Assembly (NCBI GenBank): GCA_048882505.1
Contig: JBHLRO010000002.1
Location: 420,563-452,562, forward strand
Origin: Candidatus Thorarchaeota archaeon
Lineage (GTDB): Archaea; Asgardarchaeota; Heimdallarchaeia; Hodarchaeales; Hodarchaeaceae
DNA length: 32,000 nt
Direction of reading: 5' to 3'
A program made the translations under genes and the position numbers. The first letter of the stretch is position 1. The number at the start of each line of letters is the position of its first letter. Below are positions 16,766 to 26,502 of the stretch, piece by piece. The notes below the pieces were generated by a model. The model was given only the letters and a program-made list of their open reading frames with translations, searched no databases and was not told the origin of the DNA.

Positions 16766-18208
16766 TTATCCTTTCACTACACCAACTGGCTTAACCTGGA
16801 CAACTTTTTTTACCACGCCAGAATCGTGCATGGCATCCACTACTTGTTCTACGTCCTTGTAGGCGCCAGGCGCTTCTTCCGCTACCCCCACGTATGAATG
16901 TGCTTTAACGACAATTCCGCGTTCAGCTAATTGTCGTACAATATCCTTACCATAGTACTGTTTTTTTGCTCGTTTGCGCGACATACTACGTCCAGCGCCG
17001 TGGCATGCACTACCAAAGGTTTCCTGCATACCCAATTCAGTTCCTGTTAAGATATAGGATGATGTACCCATGGTTCCACCGATAAGGACGGGATGACCCA
17101 CAGCCTTATATTTTGAAGGAACTTGAGGGTGCTCAGGGCCGAATGCTCGCGTGGAGCCCTTTCGGTGAACTAAAACTTTTTGACCGTTGTGAGTCTCAAA
17201 TTTGGATGTATTATGCCCGACATCATAAAGCTGGCGAACTTCAGTCCCTAGAACCTTGTGAACGGTCTCACGGACCAGATGAGCAATCACCTGTCGGTTT
17301 GCAAACGCGCAATTAATCCCTGAATTTACCGCCGCAATGTAATCTTGACCCTCCTTGCTTGTAATCGGGGCTGAGCCCAATTCTTTGTCAGGTAGTGGTA
17401 GATTGTATTTTTCGGAAGCCTGAACAAGAACTTTAGAGTAATCGGTTCCAATTTGGTGACCCAAACCTCGAGAGCCGCAGTGCATCGTTATCAAGAGCTG
17501 CTCTGGGAATAATCCGAATTCTTTGGCAATAGCCTCATCAAATACCTTACTTACCACTTGCAGCTCCAGATAGTGGTTACCTGACCCTAATGTACCGATC
17601 TGGTTATATTGCCGCTTCTTCGCTTTCAAACTGACTTTTTCGGGATCTGCTCCTTCAATACGTCCATTTTCTTCTGTGTACTCGAGATCCCCTTCAATTC
17701 CATACCCTTTTTCCACCATGTACCTTGCCCCTTCTCTCATTAGCTCATCTACTTGGGGAATCTCAAGCTCGATCTTTCCGGCTTTACCAAGTCCTGCCGG
17801 GATTGTCCGAAACAACTCGTTCATTAACTCTTTTTTCTGCGGGTTGAGATCAGACACAGTAAGGTCGGTTAACATGGTACGAACTCCGCAATTTATGTCG
17901 TAACCAACACCTGCCATACTTACTACCCCTTCCTCTGCATCAAATGCGGCTACACCACCGATTGGGAATCCATAGCCTGGGTGGACGTCTGACATCGCCA
18001 ACATACCGCGCTGAATGCCAGGTAATGATGCTACATTCATAATTTGGCGAGTCGCACTCCAATTACGGGTATAATCGCGCTCGAGTTCCTCAATGATAGC
18101 CTGGTCACCATAAATATATGCTGGCACCCGCATATCCCCTCTCTTTTCGATCGTCCAGAGATTCTTTCTGTTTTCCACTTTTTTAAAAATATCAGATCCT
18201 TCTGTCAT
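16766..18208 (-). CDS. rtcB: RNA-splicing/repair ligase RtcB
   Basis: MSDVHPGYGFPIGGV, GYDINCGVR, LGSGNHYLE, HCGSRGLGHQ, HN, HRKG, SACHGAGR, EEAPGAYK. Confidence 0.97.
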   Translation of the reverse strand: MTEGSDIFKKVENRKNLWTIEKRGDMRVPAYIYGDQAIIEELERDYTRNWSATRQIMNVASLPGIQRGMLAMSDVHPGYGFPIGGVAAFDAEEGVVSMAGVGYDINCGVRTMLTDLTVSDLNPQKKELMNELFRTIPAGLGKAGKIELEIPQVDELMREGARYMVEKGYGIEGDLEYTEENGRIEGADPEKVSLKAKKRQYNQIGTLGSGNHYLELQVVSKVFDEAIAKEFGLFPEQLLITMHCGSRGLGHQIGTDYSKVLVQASEKYNLPLPDKELGSAPITSKEGQDYIAAVNSGINCAFANRQVIAHLVRETVHKVLGTEVRQLYDVGHNTSKFETHNGQKVLVHRKGSTRAFGPEHPQVPSKYKAVGHPVLIGGTMGTSSYILTGTELGMQETFGSACHGAGRSMSRKRAKKQYYGKDIVRQLAERGIVVKAHSYVGVAEEAPGAYKDVEQVVDAMHDSGVVKKVVQVKPVGVVKG

Positions 18209-18625
18209 TTATACATCCACCAAACATTGAGCTATCCATTTGTTGTCCGTAGTTTGTTTTATCTGTAGCTGGGTCCAGGTAGCTGCTTTAACCTCCAGTT
18301 TGAGTTTATGGCGGTCAATATTTATCGGTTCACCATAAATTTTGGCGACCAGACTGGTATCACTCAATTCTTCAACCTTGAATTGACCGTACATTTTTCC
18401 TTCAACATCTTTCAAATACAGGAGTTCACTAAGCCATTCTAGAAGCAACTCCTCCTGGTTTGATGCCTTTATCTCGATTATCTCGGGTTCACCCAGCTGG
18501 AGGTCTTTTGTTTCCACCATAATCTCGAACATAGCAAGAGCTACCTGTTCAAATGCTTCTAACAAGGTTATACCGATACCTCTAACACCAATGTCCGCTT
18601 GATGCTCAAAATACTCATAAGACAT
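18209..18625 (-). CDS. Archease (RtcB activator)
   Basis: YEYFEHQADIG, LLEWLSELLY, EVKAATW and C-terminal LVDV. Its stop abuts the rtcB start (TAAATG). The conserved N-terminus favours ATG 18625 (or 18631) over the track start at 18658. Confidence 0.93.
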   Translation of the reverse strand: MSYEYFEHQADIGVRGIGITLLEAFEQVALAMFEIMVETKDLQLGEPEIIEIKASNQEELLLEWLSELLYLKDVEGKMYGQFKVEELSDTSLVAKIYGEPINIDRHKLKLEVKAATWTQLQIKQTTDNKWIAQCLVDV

Positions 18626-18762
18626 AGGCATCGACTCCAACCACGCGAAAAACTCCACGGATTTACTACTTTATGAACTTAGAACTTGGGTTGGCCCTGA
18701 AAGCCTCTGATGAAGAGTATTATGATTCGAAAAATAAGGCCCTGCCTAAAAGAAGAGAGTCC

Positions 18763-18792
18763 AAAAAAAAAAGGGAGGGCATAAATGCCCTC
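18763..18792 (-). terminator. Intrinsic-type terminator (7-bp GC stem plus U10) after the PGF-CTERM-like gene
   Basis: On the + strand: A10-GG-GAGGGCA-taaa-TGCCCTC. On the minus strand this is a hairpin followed by CC and ten U, starting 21 bp after the stop at 18814. Confidence 0.7.
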
Positions 18793-18813
18793 AATATGTT
18801 GTGTAGTTTCGTG

Positions 18814-20664
18814 TTAGCGTTCTTTGCGCCTTTGTACGACTATCACTGCAAGAATGGGTAGAGCAATTACTGCCACGACTAGATCAAAGCCTGGAATAGG
18901 AGCTGTACCCGTTCCGTCACCACTTACTGATCCTGCGACCGCAGCATACGTGGGGTCATGTGTAATACTCTTACCACCCCACTGTGGATAAGAAACTGAG
19001 TATAGGAACGTTTTTCTCTCAACATTACCCCGAATTCCGCGGATCATATCGGCTTCACTAGATATCTGTCCATATGCGAAGTCGATCAAGCTCATCGGGA
19101 TAAGTTGCCCTGTGGCATAAACATCAGTTGACCCATCCCATTTGTAGGGGATATCATCCAACCTGATCTCGCCAAAGGATGCTTGACTGTCACTAAATCG
19201 GATTCTTTGTACACGTGACGTGTTTTCAAACTGATCACTGATCTCGGTGTCATTATCGTCGGCCCGCCAGCGGATTACTTCTTGTTGTTTCGCATCTACC
19301 ACAGTAGAGGCCATCAACTGATTGAAAGATAAGCCTGTGAGCTGACTAGATGTATCCCACTCGCCTATAACATAATCAAACTTAAGATTCGCGGTTCCAT
19401 CGTCAACACTGAAATGAAACAGGGTCGACACTTCATCAATCGTGTGGAGTCCCGACACACTTTCATTAAACATGCTTATGTCTTGATTTCGTTCAATGGG
19501 GCGCAGAAAACCCTTCACATTGGCAAAATCGGAACCAAAATCCAAAATGTTGTTCGTAGTTGTCGGAGGGTGATAGGTTCGTGTATCTATGGAGTGTGTA
19601 TCAAAACGGAAGAGAGCTTCATCCCCGATGGTCGGATAAACAAACGAATTTTGGCCGATTGTAACGTTTTTAACGCCAATGTCCATATATCCGTTATTGT
19701 TGGTGTCATTATAGACCAAACTGCCCAAGAGATGATGTTCAATATACTTATAGTCGAAATCGTTGATTAGTAGTCTTTGTCCGATCTTACGTAACGTGAG
19801 CTCATTAATTTGAAGTTGAGACACTGAAAATCGACCGCGTCGGAAGGTCCGAGCATCATTACTGACCCAGTTTACATCGGGATGCGCAAAAGTACGCATC
19901 TGGTTAACCGAAGGAAGACGGAAGAGTAATCCAAGTTCCCTGGCGAGCCATTCATGAGATGTCAGACGAAAAATAAATCGCTTCAATAGCGTAGCATTGG
20001 AACCATCGTTGTATTGCCACTCATTTTGAACAATATACTTTCCTCTAACTTCGTCCTGCACCAATGACATAAATACACTCGTGAGGATTTCATCGCCCGT
20101 AAAGGGTTGGGTATCTAGAGTTTCATTGTTAGCGATTTTGGTGAATGCCTCAATAACGGATCTATCCTGGTCATAAAAAATTGAAACTGCTTTACGATCG
20201 TGTGTACTGTTTATCGCTAGCTGTGAATCGACGTTTTGGTTGATGGAGAGTGTTGTCTTGCCTTGCACTTCATTGTACAGGTTTGTTAGATACGTTTTTG
20301 AGTCATTCTCTACCGCGGGATCGTTTTCAATGGCGTTTATTGTTTCGCTTAAAACGTTAATAAAACGAGCGAGGAATATGTTGTGAGTTCTAGTACGTAC
20401 GCCAGTTACTTGGTATTCATAGGATCCAACGCTGTTATAAACATCAAAGTAAACGTTATCAGGCGTGAAATTCGCACTTTGCATACCATGTATTAACCAG
20501 AGTAGGTTGCTATGAAGTTGAGTTCGCATGATGCCTTGTGGACGCTCTGGAACGATGGGGCCAGTCTTAGTTTGACTTATTGTTCCTGTGCTTGGTAGTA
20601 TTGCCGACGCAATAAGCAACCAACACATCGTTGCCAATATTAGACTTTTTTGAGTTTTACTCAT
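18814..20664 (-). CDS. Cell-surface glycoprotein with a signal peptide, a DxDxDG-like loop and a PGF-CTERM-like anchor
   Basis: From ATG 20664: MSKTQKSLILATMCWLLIASAILPS (signal peptide). It contains YNDTNNNGYMD and ends in PIPGFDLVVAVIALPILAVIVVQRRKER (PGF, TM helix, basic tail). The ORF track extends it to 20766. Confidence 0.85.
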   Translation of the reverse strand: MSKTQKSLILATMCWLLIASAILPSTGTISQTKTGPIVPERPQGIMRTQLHSNLLWLIHGMQSANFTPDNVYFDVYNSVGSYEYQVTGVRTRTHNIFLARFINVLSETINAIENDPAVENDSKTYLTNLYNEVQGKTTLSINQNVDSQLAINSTHDRKAVSIFYDQDRSVIEAFTKIANNETLDTQPFTGDEILTSVFMSLVQDEVRGKYIVQNEWQYNDGSNATLLKRFIFRLTSHEWLARELGLLFRLPSVNQMRTFAHPDVNWVSNDARTFRRGRFSVSQLQINELTLRKIGQRLLINDFDYKYIEHHLLGSLVYNDTNNNGYMDIGVKNVTIGQNSFVYPTIGDEALFRFDTHSIDTRTYHPPTTTNNILDFGSDFANVKGFLRPIERNQDISMFNESVSGLHTIDEVSTLFHFSVDDGTANLKFDYVIGEWDTSSQLTGLSFNQLMASTVVDAKQQEVIRWRADDNDTEISDQFENTSRVQRIRFSDSQASFGEIRLDDIPYKWDGSTDVYATGQLIPMSLIDFAYGQISSEADMIRGIRGNVERKTFLYSVSYPQWGGKSITHDPTYAAVAGSVSGDGTGTAPIPGFDLVVAVIALPILAVIVVQRRKER

Positions 20665-20961
20665 TTTTCTGTCCCTATTATCCTGATTATCATTCTGTTG
20701 AATGCATGTGATAATGAAATGTTCCCTTCTTAAATCGCGTCTTATACGATTATTGAACACGGCCATAAGGAGTTTTTTTATTTATTTCAGCCATTTTGTA
20801 TGAGTTTTTCTTCAGAGAAGGTCATATAAATCTGAATACGATGATTTAATTATAAAAACACGCTGAACAGGAACATCTGGCAAAAAAGAAGTTTCATTGA
20901 ATGAGATAAAATTGGAAGTGGTGTTTCAACAGTAATAATTTCTGATGGTGTAAAAACCAGG

Positions 20962-21843
20962 TCAAAGCAGTGTCGAAACAACCAAACTCAGAATGGAAAA
21001 CCCGTACAGGATAATAAACACGGGAACAAGGGCCCGCTCAAATGCAACGGTTTTGATAACCTGAAGGAGTTGAATCACAAAGACCGCAGTTATTATTTGA
21101 AGGACAAAGATGAAGAGAATAGAGACCGTTGGATTAGCTAAAAACGCAGCCAATATGATGAAATCTCTACTTAATATTATCACGGCTGGATACAGAAAGA
21201 GCGGGAGTAAGGCAAGTGGGATGCCACTCAAGAGTTCTCGTGAGAACCCCTTAATGGAGAAATAGCGTGTAATGATCTCGAGACTCAACCAAATAGCAAG
21301 AATTGAAACTAAATATTCGCCAAAACAGCCTATCAGGCCAAAATATAGATTACCATCGAGGTAGAAAGGAATCATCCCTAACTGGGAGAGATCAAGCAAT
21401 AATATTTGAAGTAGGGTGACTCCAATGACTATCGCATTGAATTGGCGTGTAAATCCTCGTCTTCGGATAAATTCTCCAAAAAAAACACTAGAAAATCGTT
21501 TGGGAGGATGAAAAACGGGCGTGCTGTTATGATTATCAGCCCTTTGATCGCTCTCATGAAAAGTTTCACCCGATTGAATTAATCCATAGGCCGTTTTCCC
21601 TATTTCTGTAAGATAAAACCGTTTCTCCTCATCTTGAGCAACTAATTGACCCAACTTCTTGACATGAAAATAAAAAGAACCGGGTTTAATTTGAAGCCAC
21701 TCTACTAGTTCTGTATATTGTACAGCTCGATGAAAGGATCCTAAGTATCTCACAATATCGTAACGGATGGCATGCCCAAGGGCAGAATAGAATTCATGCA
21801 GAGCTATGGGTTTCTCTGCCACGGGTGCAATACCTACGTCCAT
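20962..21843 (-). CDS. ArsR-like winged-helix regulator fused to a multi-TM domain
   Basis: ALGHAIRYDIVRYL...ELVEWLQIKPGSFYFHVKKL...FYLTEIG (wHTH), followed by about 5-6 hydrophobic segments. Confidence 0.8.
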   Translation of the reverse strand: MDVGIAPVAEKPIALHEFYSALGHAIRYDIVRYLGSFHRAVQYTELVEWLQIKPGSFYFHVKKLGQLVAQDEEKRFYLTEIGKTAYGLIQSGETFHESDQRADNHNSTPVFHPPKRFSSVFFGEFIRRRGFTRQFNAIVIGVTLLQILLLDLSQLGMIPFYLDGNLYFGLIGCFGEYLVSILAIWLSLEIITRYFSIKGFSRELLSGIPLALLPLFLYPAVIILSRDFIILAAFLANPTVSILFIFVLQIITAVFVIQLLQVIKTVAFERALVPVFIILYGFSILSLVVSTLL

Positions 21844-21893
21844 TGGGATGCCTCGGCTTACCTTAACAACTCGTAGTACATTGAAAGCTGATT

Positions 21894-23282
21894 TTATGGC
21901 TGTTTGGTAAATCTGCGAATAACCACTACGATTCCTAGGAGAAACCCAGACACCAAGATCATAAGACTGGTTGGTAGCAAAAACGAACGATTAGGTATAG
22001 GGAGAATCGGGAGTTCCACGGGATTGATTACCTCAATCAGAACCTCTGGATCATAAAAAATCTGGTTACCTTGTGGAAAAACGAAAATTCCCGTTAGGAA
22101 CAACATGGAAACGAGATCGTATGGGGGACTTGGACTAACCAATCGGTTCTGTTCCCCAGAAGATAATGATTGGAAATAAACTGGGAAATCTGTACTATCC
22201 GCTAAAACAGTGGGAACCCATGTGAAGTTGAGAAAGTCACGATTGCCGTTTCCGAACGAGAACCGCGAATTAACGAATCTGTGGCGTGAAAATTCGGTTC
22301 CTTGGCTTTTGTTATGTTCTATCTCGTACGATTGGTTTATTGAATTGTCCCGTTCCTGAGTAACGAATTTTAAGCGCCCTAGAAGATTGGTTGCTTGCAA
22401 AACGTTTCTGGAGAGAGAAAGCTGAATCAGTGGCTTAGTGATCCGAAATTGCTCTCTTGCAAAAGTAGTGATCTTCAATGCTAGTTTAGAGGTTGGGCTG
22501 CTGAAATCCCAACCTGTAATATTCATTGAAAACTTCAATCGAGGAGTTAGGCGTAATGCTCTCAGGGGTAGTCTAGTAGGTTTCAACGTGACCTCCAAGT
22601 TTCGGCCTTGCGGGCTAATTTGAATCGTTGGAACCTGGATTTCCTCTATTATTTCTCGTATCATCGTCAGCTCAAAGGTAAATGCAATCTTTTCTAGTTT
22701 TGAAGAGGTGGTTGTAGAATTTCGAGACCTTCTATTATAGGAGACATTGAAAGCTGAGAAAATAACTTGATAGTGCAGAGCAGTTGAATTAATTGTTTCA
22801 TTGAGCTTTTGAACTGAGAATATAATATTCGAGATGTTCACGCTGCGGATAAGGCGATCTGTTTGACGAGGATCATACCAGCTGTTGTCATTATTATCCT
22901 CAAATTCCACCAGATTATCGAGCTGGAATAAGATATGGTTTGTTGTGTTAAGTTCTAGCTCTTCCACCACCGTTCCACGGGTATTTAGGCGCTCAATTTT
23001 AGCGATTCGTTGTGTAAATTCCGTGAAAAAACGAATTGGCTGTGGATTTTCGGCGTTTCGATGCAAAATTCCGATTCTAGAGGAACCAATGAGGGCCTGG
23101 ATCGATTTGACGCCGCCCATATAAGGAATTTCGTTTTGAACGATCTGAAGTGGCATGGCCTGGTTCAAATCATTAGGCCTGTTCGGGATAGCTCCGAGAC
23201 TTACAATAGGGTTTAAACATAAGATAAAAATAACAGAAAATCTTGTGGAAAACCCAAAGGATGGCGTAAGTCTAAATCTCAT
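21894..23282 (-). CDS. Secreted, C-terminally anchored beta-rich surface protein
   Basis: N-terminal basic plus hydrophobic signal, EFEDNNDNSWYD loop, many N-X-S/T sequons, and a C-terminal TM segment (LMILVSGFLLGIVVVI) followed by RR. Confidence 0.8.
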   Translation of the reverse strand: MRFRLTPSFGFSTRFSVIFILCLNPIVSLGAIPNRPNDLNQAMPLQIVQNEIPYMGGVKSIQALIGSSRIGILHRNAENPQPIRFFTEFTQRIAKIERLNTRGTVVEELELNTTNHILFQLDNLVEFEDNNDNSWYDPRQTDRLIRSVNISNIIFSVQKLNETINSTALHYQVIFSAFNVSYNRRSRNSTTTSSKLEKIAFTFELTMIREIIEEIQVPTIQISPQGRNLEVTLKPTRLPLRALRLTPRLKFSMNITGWDFSSPTSKLALKITTFAREQFRITKPLIQLSLSRNVLQATNLLGRLKFVTQERDNSINQSYEIEHNKSQGTEFSRHRFVNSRFSFGNGNRDFLNFTWVPTVLADSTDFPVYFQSLSSGEQNRLVSPSPPYDLVSMLFLTGIFVFPQGNQIFYDPEVLIEVINPVELPILPIPNRSFLLPTSLMILVSGFLLGIVVVIRRFTKQP

Positions 23283-23424
23283 TAACGAACTCTCAATTGA
23301 AGTTGGAAAAAACCTGATTAAAGCGTAGTGTTAAAGGTTCCCTGAACATATGCTCAAAATGGAGGAGAACAGATTTCCTAAGGATGGTACTCAAAACCAG
23401 GGTTAAGTTTCTCAAATGTACTGT

Positions 23425-24762
23425 TCAAGGCATAGATGAGCCCTGAGATAATGGGAGTTCAAAAAATATGGTAGTCCCAACTCCCTCCGTACTCTCCATC
23501 CATATTCTGCCGCCATGGGTCTCCACGATTTTCTTTACATGCGCCAACCCTATTCCTGTACCCTCAATATCTCGAGTTCTCATGCTAGGGGCCCGCGCAA
23601 ATAAATTAAAGATACGTGACTGAAATTTCTCAGGAACTCCAATACCATTGTCTCTAACATAAATAGCAATGAAATTTTCATCAATGGCGTGTTTACCAAT
23701 TTCGATTATAGGAGAAGGATTATCACCGCGATATTTAATGCTGTTCCCGATCAAATTACTGAATAATTGCATCATGCGATTCTCTTCAGCATGTATCTGT
23801 GGAAATTCGTCTGAAATAACGATCCTAATGTTATTTTTCTTGATTTGTGTTGTATATTGGCTAAGACATTCCTCTATGATTTCTCGAAGATCTAAATCAC
23901 GTTTTGGAGTCGTAACTATCCTCCCGATACGCGAATACTCTAAAATTTGTTTTATTTGCGTCTCAATTATCTGTACATTCTTAATAATTCTATCTAGATA
24001 AAATTGAGCCTCCTCAGGCAGATCCTCTCCATATTCCTCCTTAATCGCAGCTGTAAACCCCTGAATCGAAATTAAGGGAGCCTTTAGATCATGGCTAATT
24101 GTATAGACAAACTCCTCAATCTCCGTATTTTTATTCCTAAGAGTTTTTGCTTGAACGCTCAATTTCCGTAATAATTCTCGTCGCTGTTCATATTCACGTC
24201 GTGCCCGTTCATCTTTTTCTTTAGCAGTCAGATCTAAGTCTGGAAGTGAACTATCGAGCTGGAAATGCTCAATTATAAAGAAAGCCAGATTTGAAACAGT
24301 TTTAAAAAAAGTGAAATCTTTGTGCAAAGGCCTAAAGGCGGGATCGAAACTAATATAGCCTAAGTACAAATCCTCGGAAAGTTTTTTTCCGTCTGTCCGA
24401 ATAAGCAAAACCGAATGAATTGTCTTGCCATTTAAAAGCAATGAAAAACCTGGGGTCTCTTCTAGAGAGTAAAAGCCCACTTCTTCTTCAAATTGTTCGG
24501 TCTGAAGACTCTGTAAGAAGCTGCTTAACGAATTAAAGTCTTCCAATAATTCAGAATTTAGGCTGGCATGTGAAAGAAGCTTGGAACTATCTTGTAGAAC
24601 AATTAACTCAATGGGGTAGATCTCTGATATGAGTTTAAGAAGATTTATCATGAAATTATTGAGATTATCAAAATCTAGTAACTCATATGAGAGTGCTAGA
24701 ATGATCCTTTGCTGGCTTTCTCGTACTACAGTACTGTGGGCAGACTCTTTTTCTGGATTCAT
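23425..24762 (-). CDS. Sensor histidine kinase (N-terminal GAF-like region, HisKA, HATPase_c); no cognate response regulator in the window
   Basis: H-box YTISHDLKAPL, N-box QLFSNLIGNSIKY, G1 DNGIGV, F-box IFNLF, G2 GTGIGLA and EGVGTTIFF. Confidence 0.93.
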   Translation of the reverse strand: MNPEKESAHSTVVRESQQRIILALSYELLDFDNLNNFMINLLKLISEIYPIELIVLQDSSKLLSHASLNSELLEDFNSLSSFLQSLQTEQFEEEVGFYSLEETPGFSLLLNGKTIHSVLLIRTDGKKLSEDLYLGYISFDPAFRPLHKDFTFFKTVSNLAFFIIEHFQLDSSLPDLDLTAKEKDERARREYEQRRELLRKLSVQAKTLRNKNTEIEEFVYTISHDLKAPLISIQGFTAAIKEEYGEDLPEEAQFYLDRIIKNVQIIETQIKQILEYSRIGRIVTTPKRDLDLREIIEECLSQYTTQIKKNNIRIVISDEFPQIHAEENRMMQLFSNLIGNSIKYRGDNPSPIIEIGKHAIDENFIAIYVRDNGIGVPEKFQSRIFNLFARAPSMRTRDIEGTGIGLAHVKKIVETHGGRIWMESTEGVGTTIFFELPLSQGSSMP

Positions 24763-24988
24763 GATTCATCTTCTTAAAATGAATGTTTGTTTAATCTCTA
24801 TTACTGGACTTATAAAATGCTCGGATGACTCATTCTTTCAAAGCGAAAGCTTACTTCCAGCCTTATCCATGCATTTGGATCAGGCCTGTAAAACCATGTG
24901 AAGATCCAGTCTTAAAGCTTCACCACGACCTATAGAACAATAAGAATTCTCCCTTCTCCCCCTTTGGGTAAAATTTTTTTAGGGGAGT

Positions 24989-25213
24989 TCATACATTCCT
25001 TATTTCTTGAAGATCAGGGTGTTTTTGTTGTAAGGCTCGTTTGATACCCGCGGCCAATGTCATCTGACTATAAGGACAACCGCGGCAAGCTCCTGTTAGC
25101 CGAACTGTGAGGGTTCCAGCCTCATAATCGACAAATTCAACGTCTCCACCATCTTTTTGGAGATAGGGGCGTAGCTCTTGTAATGATGCGATGATCTCAT
25201 CTTTGGCTGCCAT
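24989..25213 (-). CDS. NifU/Nfu C-terminal domain Fe-S carrier protein
   Basis: LRPYLQKDGGDVEFV, RLTGACRGCPYS (CxxC), TLAAGIK. Likely start ATG 25213 (track start 25243). Confidence 0.92.
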   Translation of the reverse strand: MAAKDEIIASLQELRPYLQKDGGDVEFVDYEAGTLTVRLTGACRGCPYSQMTLAAGIKRALQQKHPDLQEIRNV

Positions 25214-25432
25214 GGCAATATTCCTTCTACCAAAATCAGACAAATGACTTGGATGTTAGGTACGGGAAACCCCTTGTGTCTTTTTAGGGTTTCATTAACC
25301 ATAGTTATGTGTTTGGAAATAGTCCCTTGCGATCGACCGCTCTAAAATCTGGTGCAGCGAAATAATGAGATCCAATCTAGTTAGATCAATTTTTGGACCT
25401 TCAGTCGAGAGAAGAGGAAGGAACTCTGTATA

Positions 25433-26470
25433 TTAGGGTGTAGAAATGTCCATTCTAGTGAAATTTTCAGGTTCGTTTGCATCACTTTCATGAACCAGGT
25501 CCCCTATATCAATAGCAGTTTCTCGTAGGTCCCGCAAGAAATTAAGGAGGTAAGTGAGTTTCCAAACATCTTCTTTGGCGAGGCGTGAGATTTCCCTTTC
25601 AATCTCTTCGTGGATTCCCGACAACTGTCTTCTAATCCTCCCTTTCAATTGTTCTGCACCTTGCCCATTTTGTTCGAAGAAACAAACCAAGCTTTGATTC
25701 AAAACATCGGTTGTTAGCTCGCTGAGACGGTTGATCTTTGATAATGTATCGGAACTTAGTGCATCTTTCATTTTGGGATAATTTTTGACAACTCGTGCGA
25801 ATTCCACTGAGGCATCCCCCAGATCCTCACTGTAGCTGGCAATCATACGCCAATCCAAGCACGCGGTCGATTTCAGGTAAGACATCTCCCGTTTATCATT
25901 GACCATGATTTTTAACATCCGAACAATCAAGAAATAAAGCCTATTGACCTCAACATCCCGTTCAATGACTTCTACTGCTAAAGACACATCTCCCTCCAGA
26001 AAGGCGTTGATAGCATCGCTTTGCATCTGGTTAGCAATCGAAAAACAGCGGTTCACGTATTCTGTAGGATTAGGGAGAGATGATGAGTCAATAAGAAAAT
26101 GCAACTCGATTGATTTCTGGGTCTCACCGAGGATCTCTAATCCCACTAATTGACGGCTAAGTTCCTTTATAGATGCTTTATGGGTCAGAGGTTGTTTTAT
26201 ATCTGGTGATCTGACGGCAATTATATCGCTTCCCAATAAATAGGCCCCGAGAACATCACGACTAACATGATCTGATTCTATAATATTGGAAATTCGCTTT
26301 GATGGTATGGGAGATTTCTGCGGATAAATAATCAGATCCCCCGTTGATAATTCCTTGATTACTATATTGGAACCTTTGGTAAGTTGATGTCGTTCTGCCC
26401 AGTCCTTCGGGAGCGATATAATACGCGTGTCTCCAGCTCCTGTGACTTGTACTTTTCTGCTAAATTCCAT
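25433..26470 (-). CDS. phoU: Archaeal phosphate-uptake regulator (AbrB/MazE-like N-terminal domain plus PhoU repeats)
   Basis: RKVQVTGAGDTRIISLPKDWA, AYLLGSD, GLEI and ERDVEVNRLYFL. Confidence 0.85.
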   Translation of the reverse strand: MEFSRKVQVTGAGDTRIISLPKDWAERHQLTKGSNIVIKELSTGDLIIYPQKSPIPSKRISNIIESDHVSRDVLGAYLLGSDIIAVRSPDIKQPLTHKASIKELSRQLVGLEILGETQKSIELHFLIDSSSLPNPTEYVNRCFSIANQMQSDAINAFLEGDVSLAVEVIERDVEVNRLYFLIVRMLKIMVNDKREMSYLKSTACLDWRMIASYSEDLGDASVEFARVVKNYPKMKDALSSDTLSKINRLSELTTDVLNQSLVCFFEQNGQGAEQLKGRIRRQLSGIHEEIEREISRLAKEDVWKLTYLLNFLRDLRETAIDIGDLVHESDANEPENFTRMDISTP

Positions 26471-26502
26471 CTAGCACCCTTCTAGCACCGTTTATTGATT
26501 AA

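Noticed and set aside
18673-18861. 62-aa + strand ORF
   Set aside because: It runs antisense through a terminator hairpin and the archease promoter region.
24629-25302. ORFs 24629..24901 (+) and 25096..25302 (-)
   Set aside because: They overlap the kinase and NifU genes in other frames and have no motifs.
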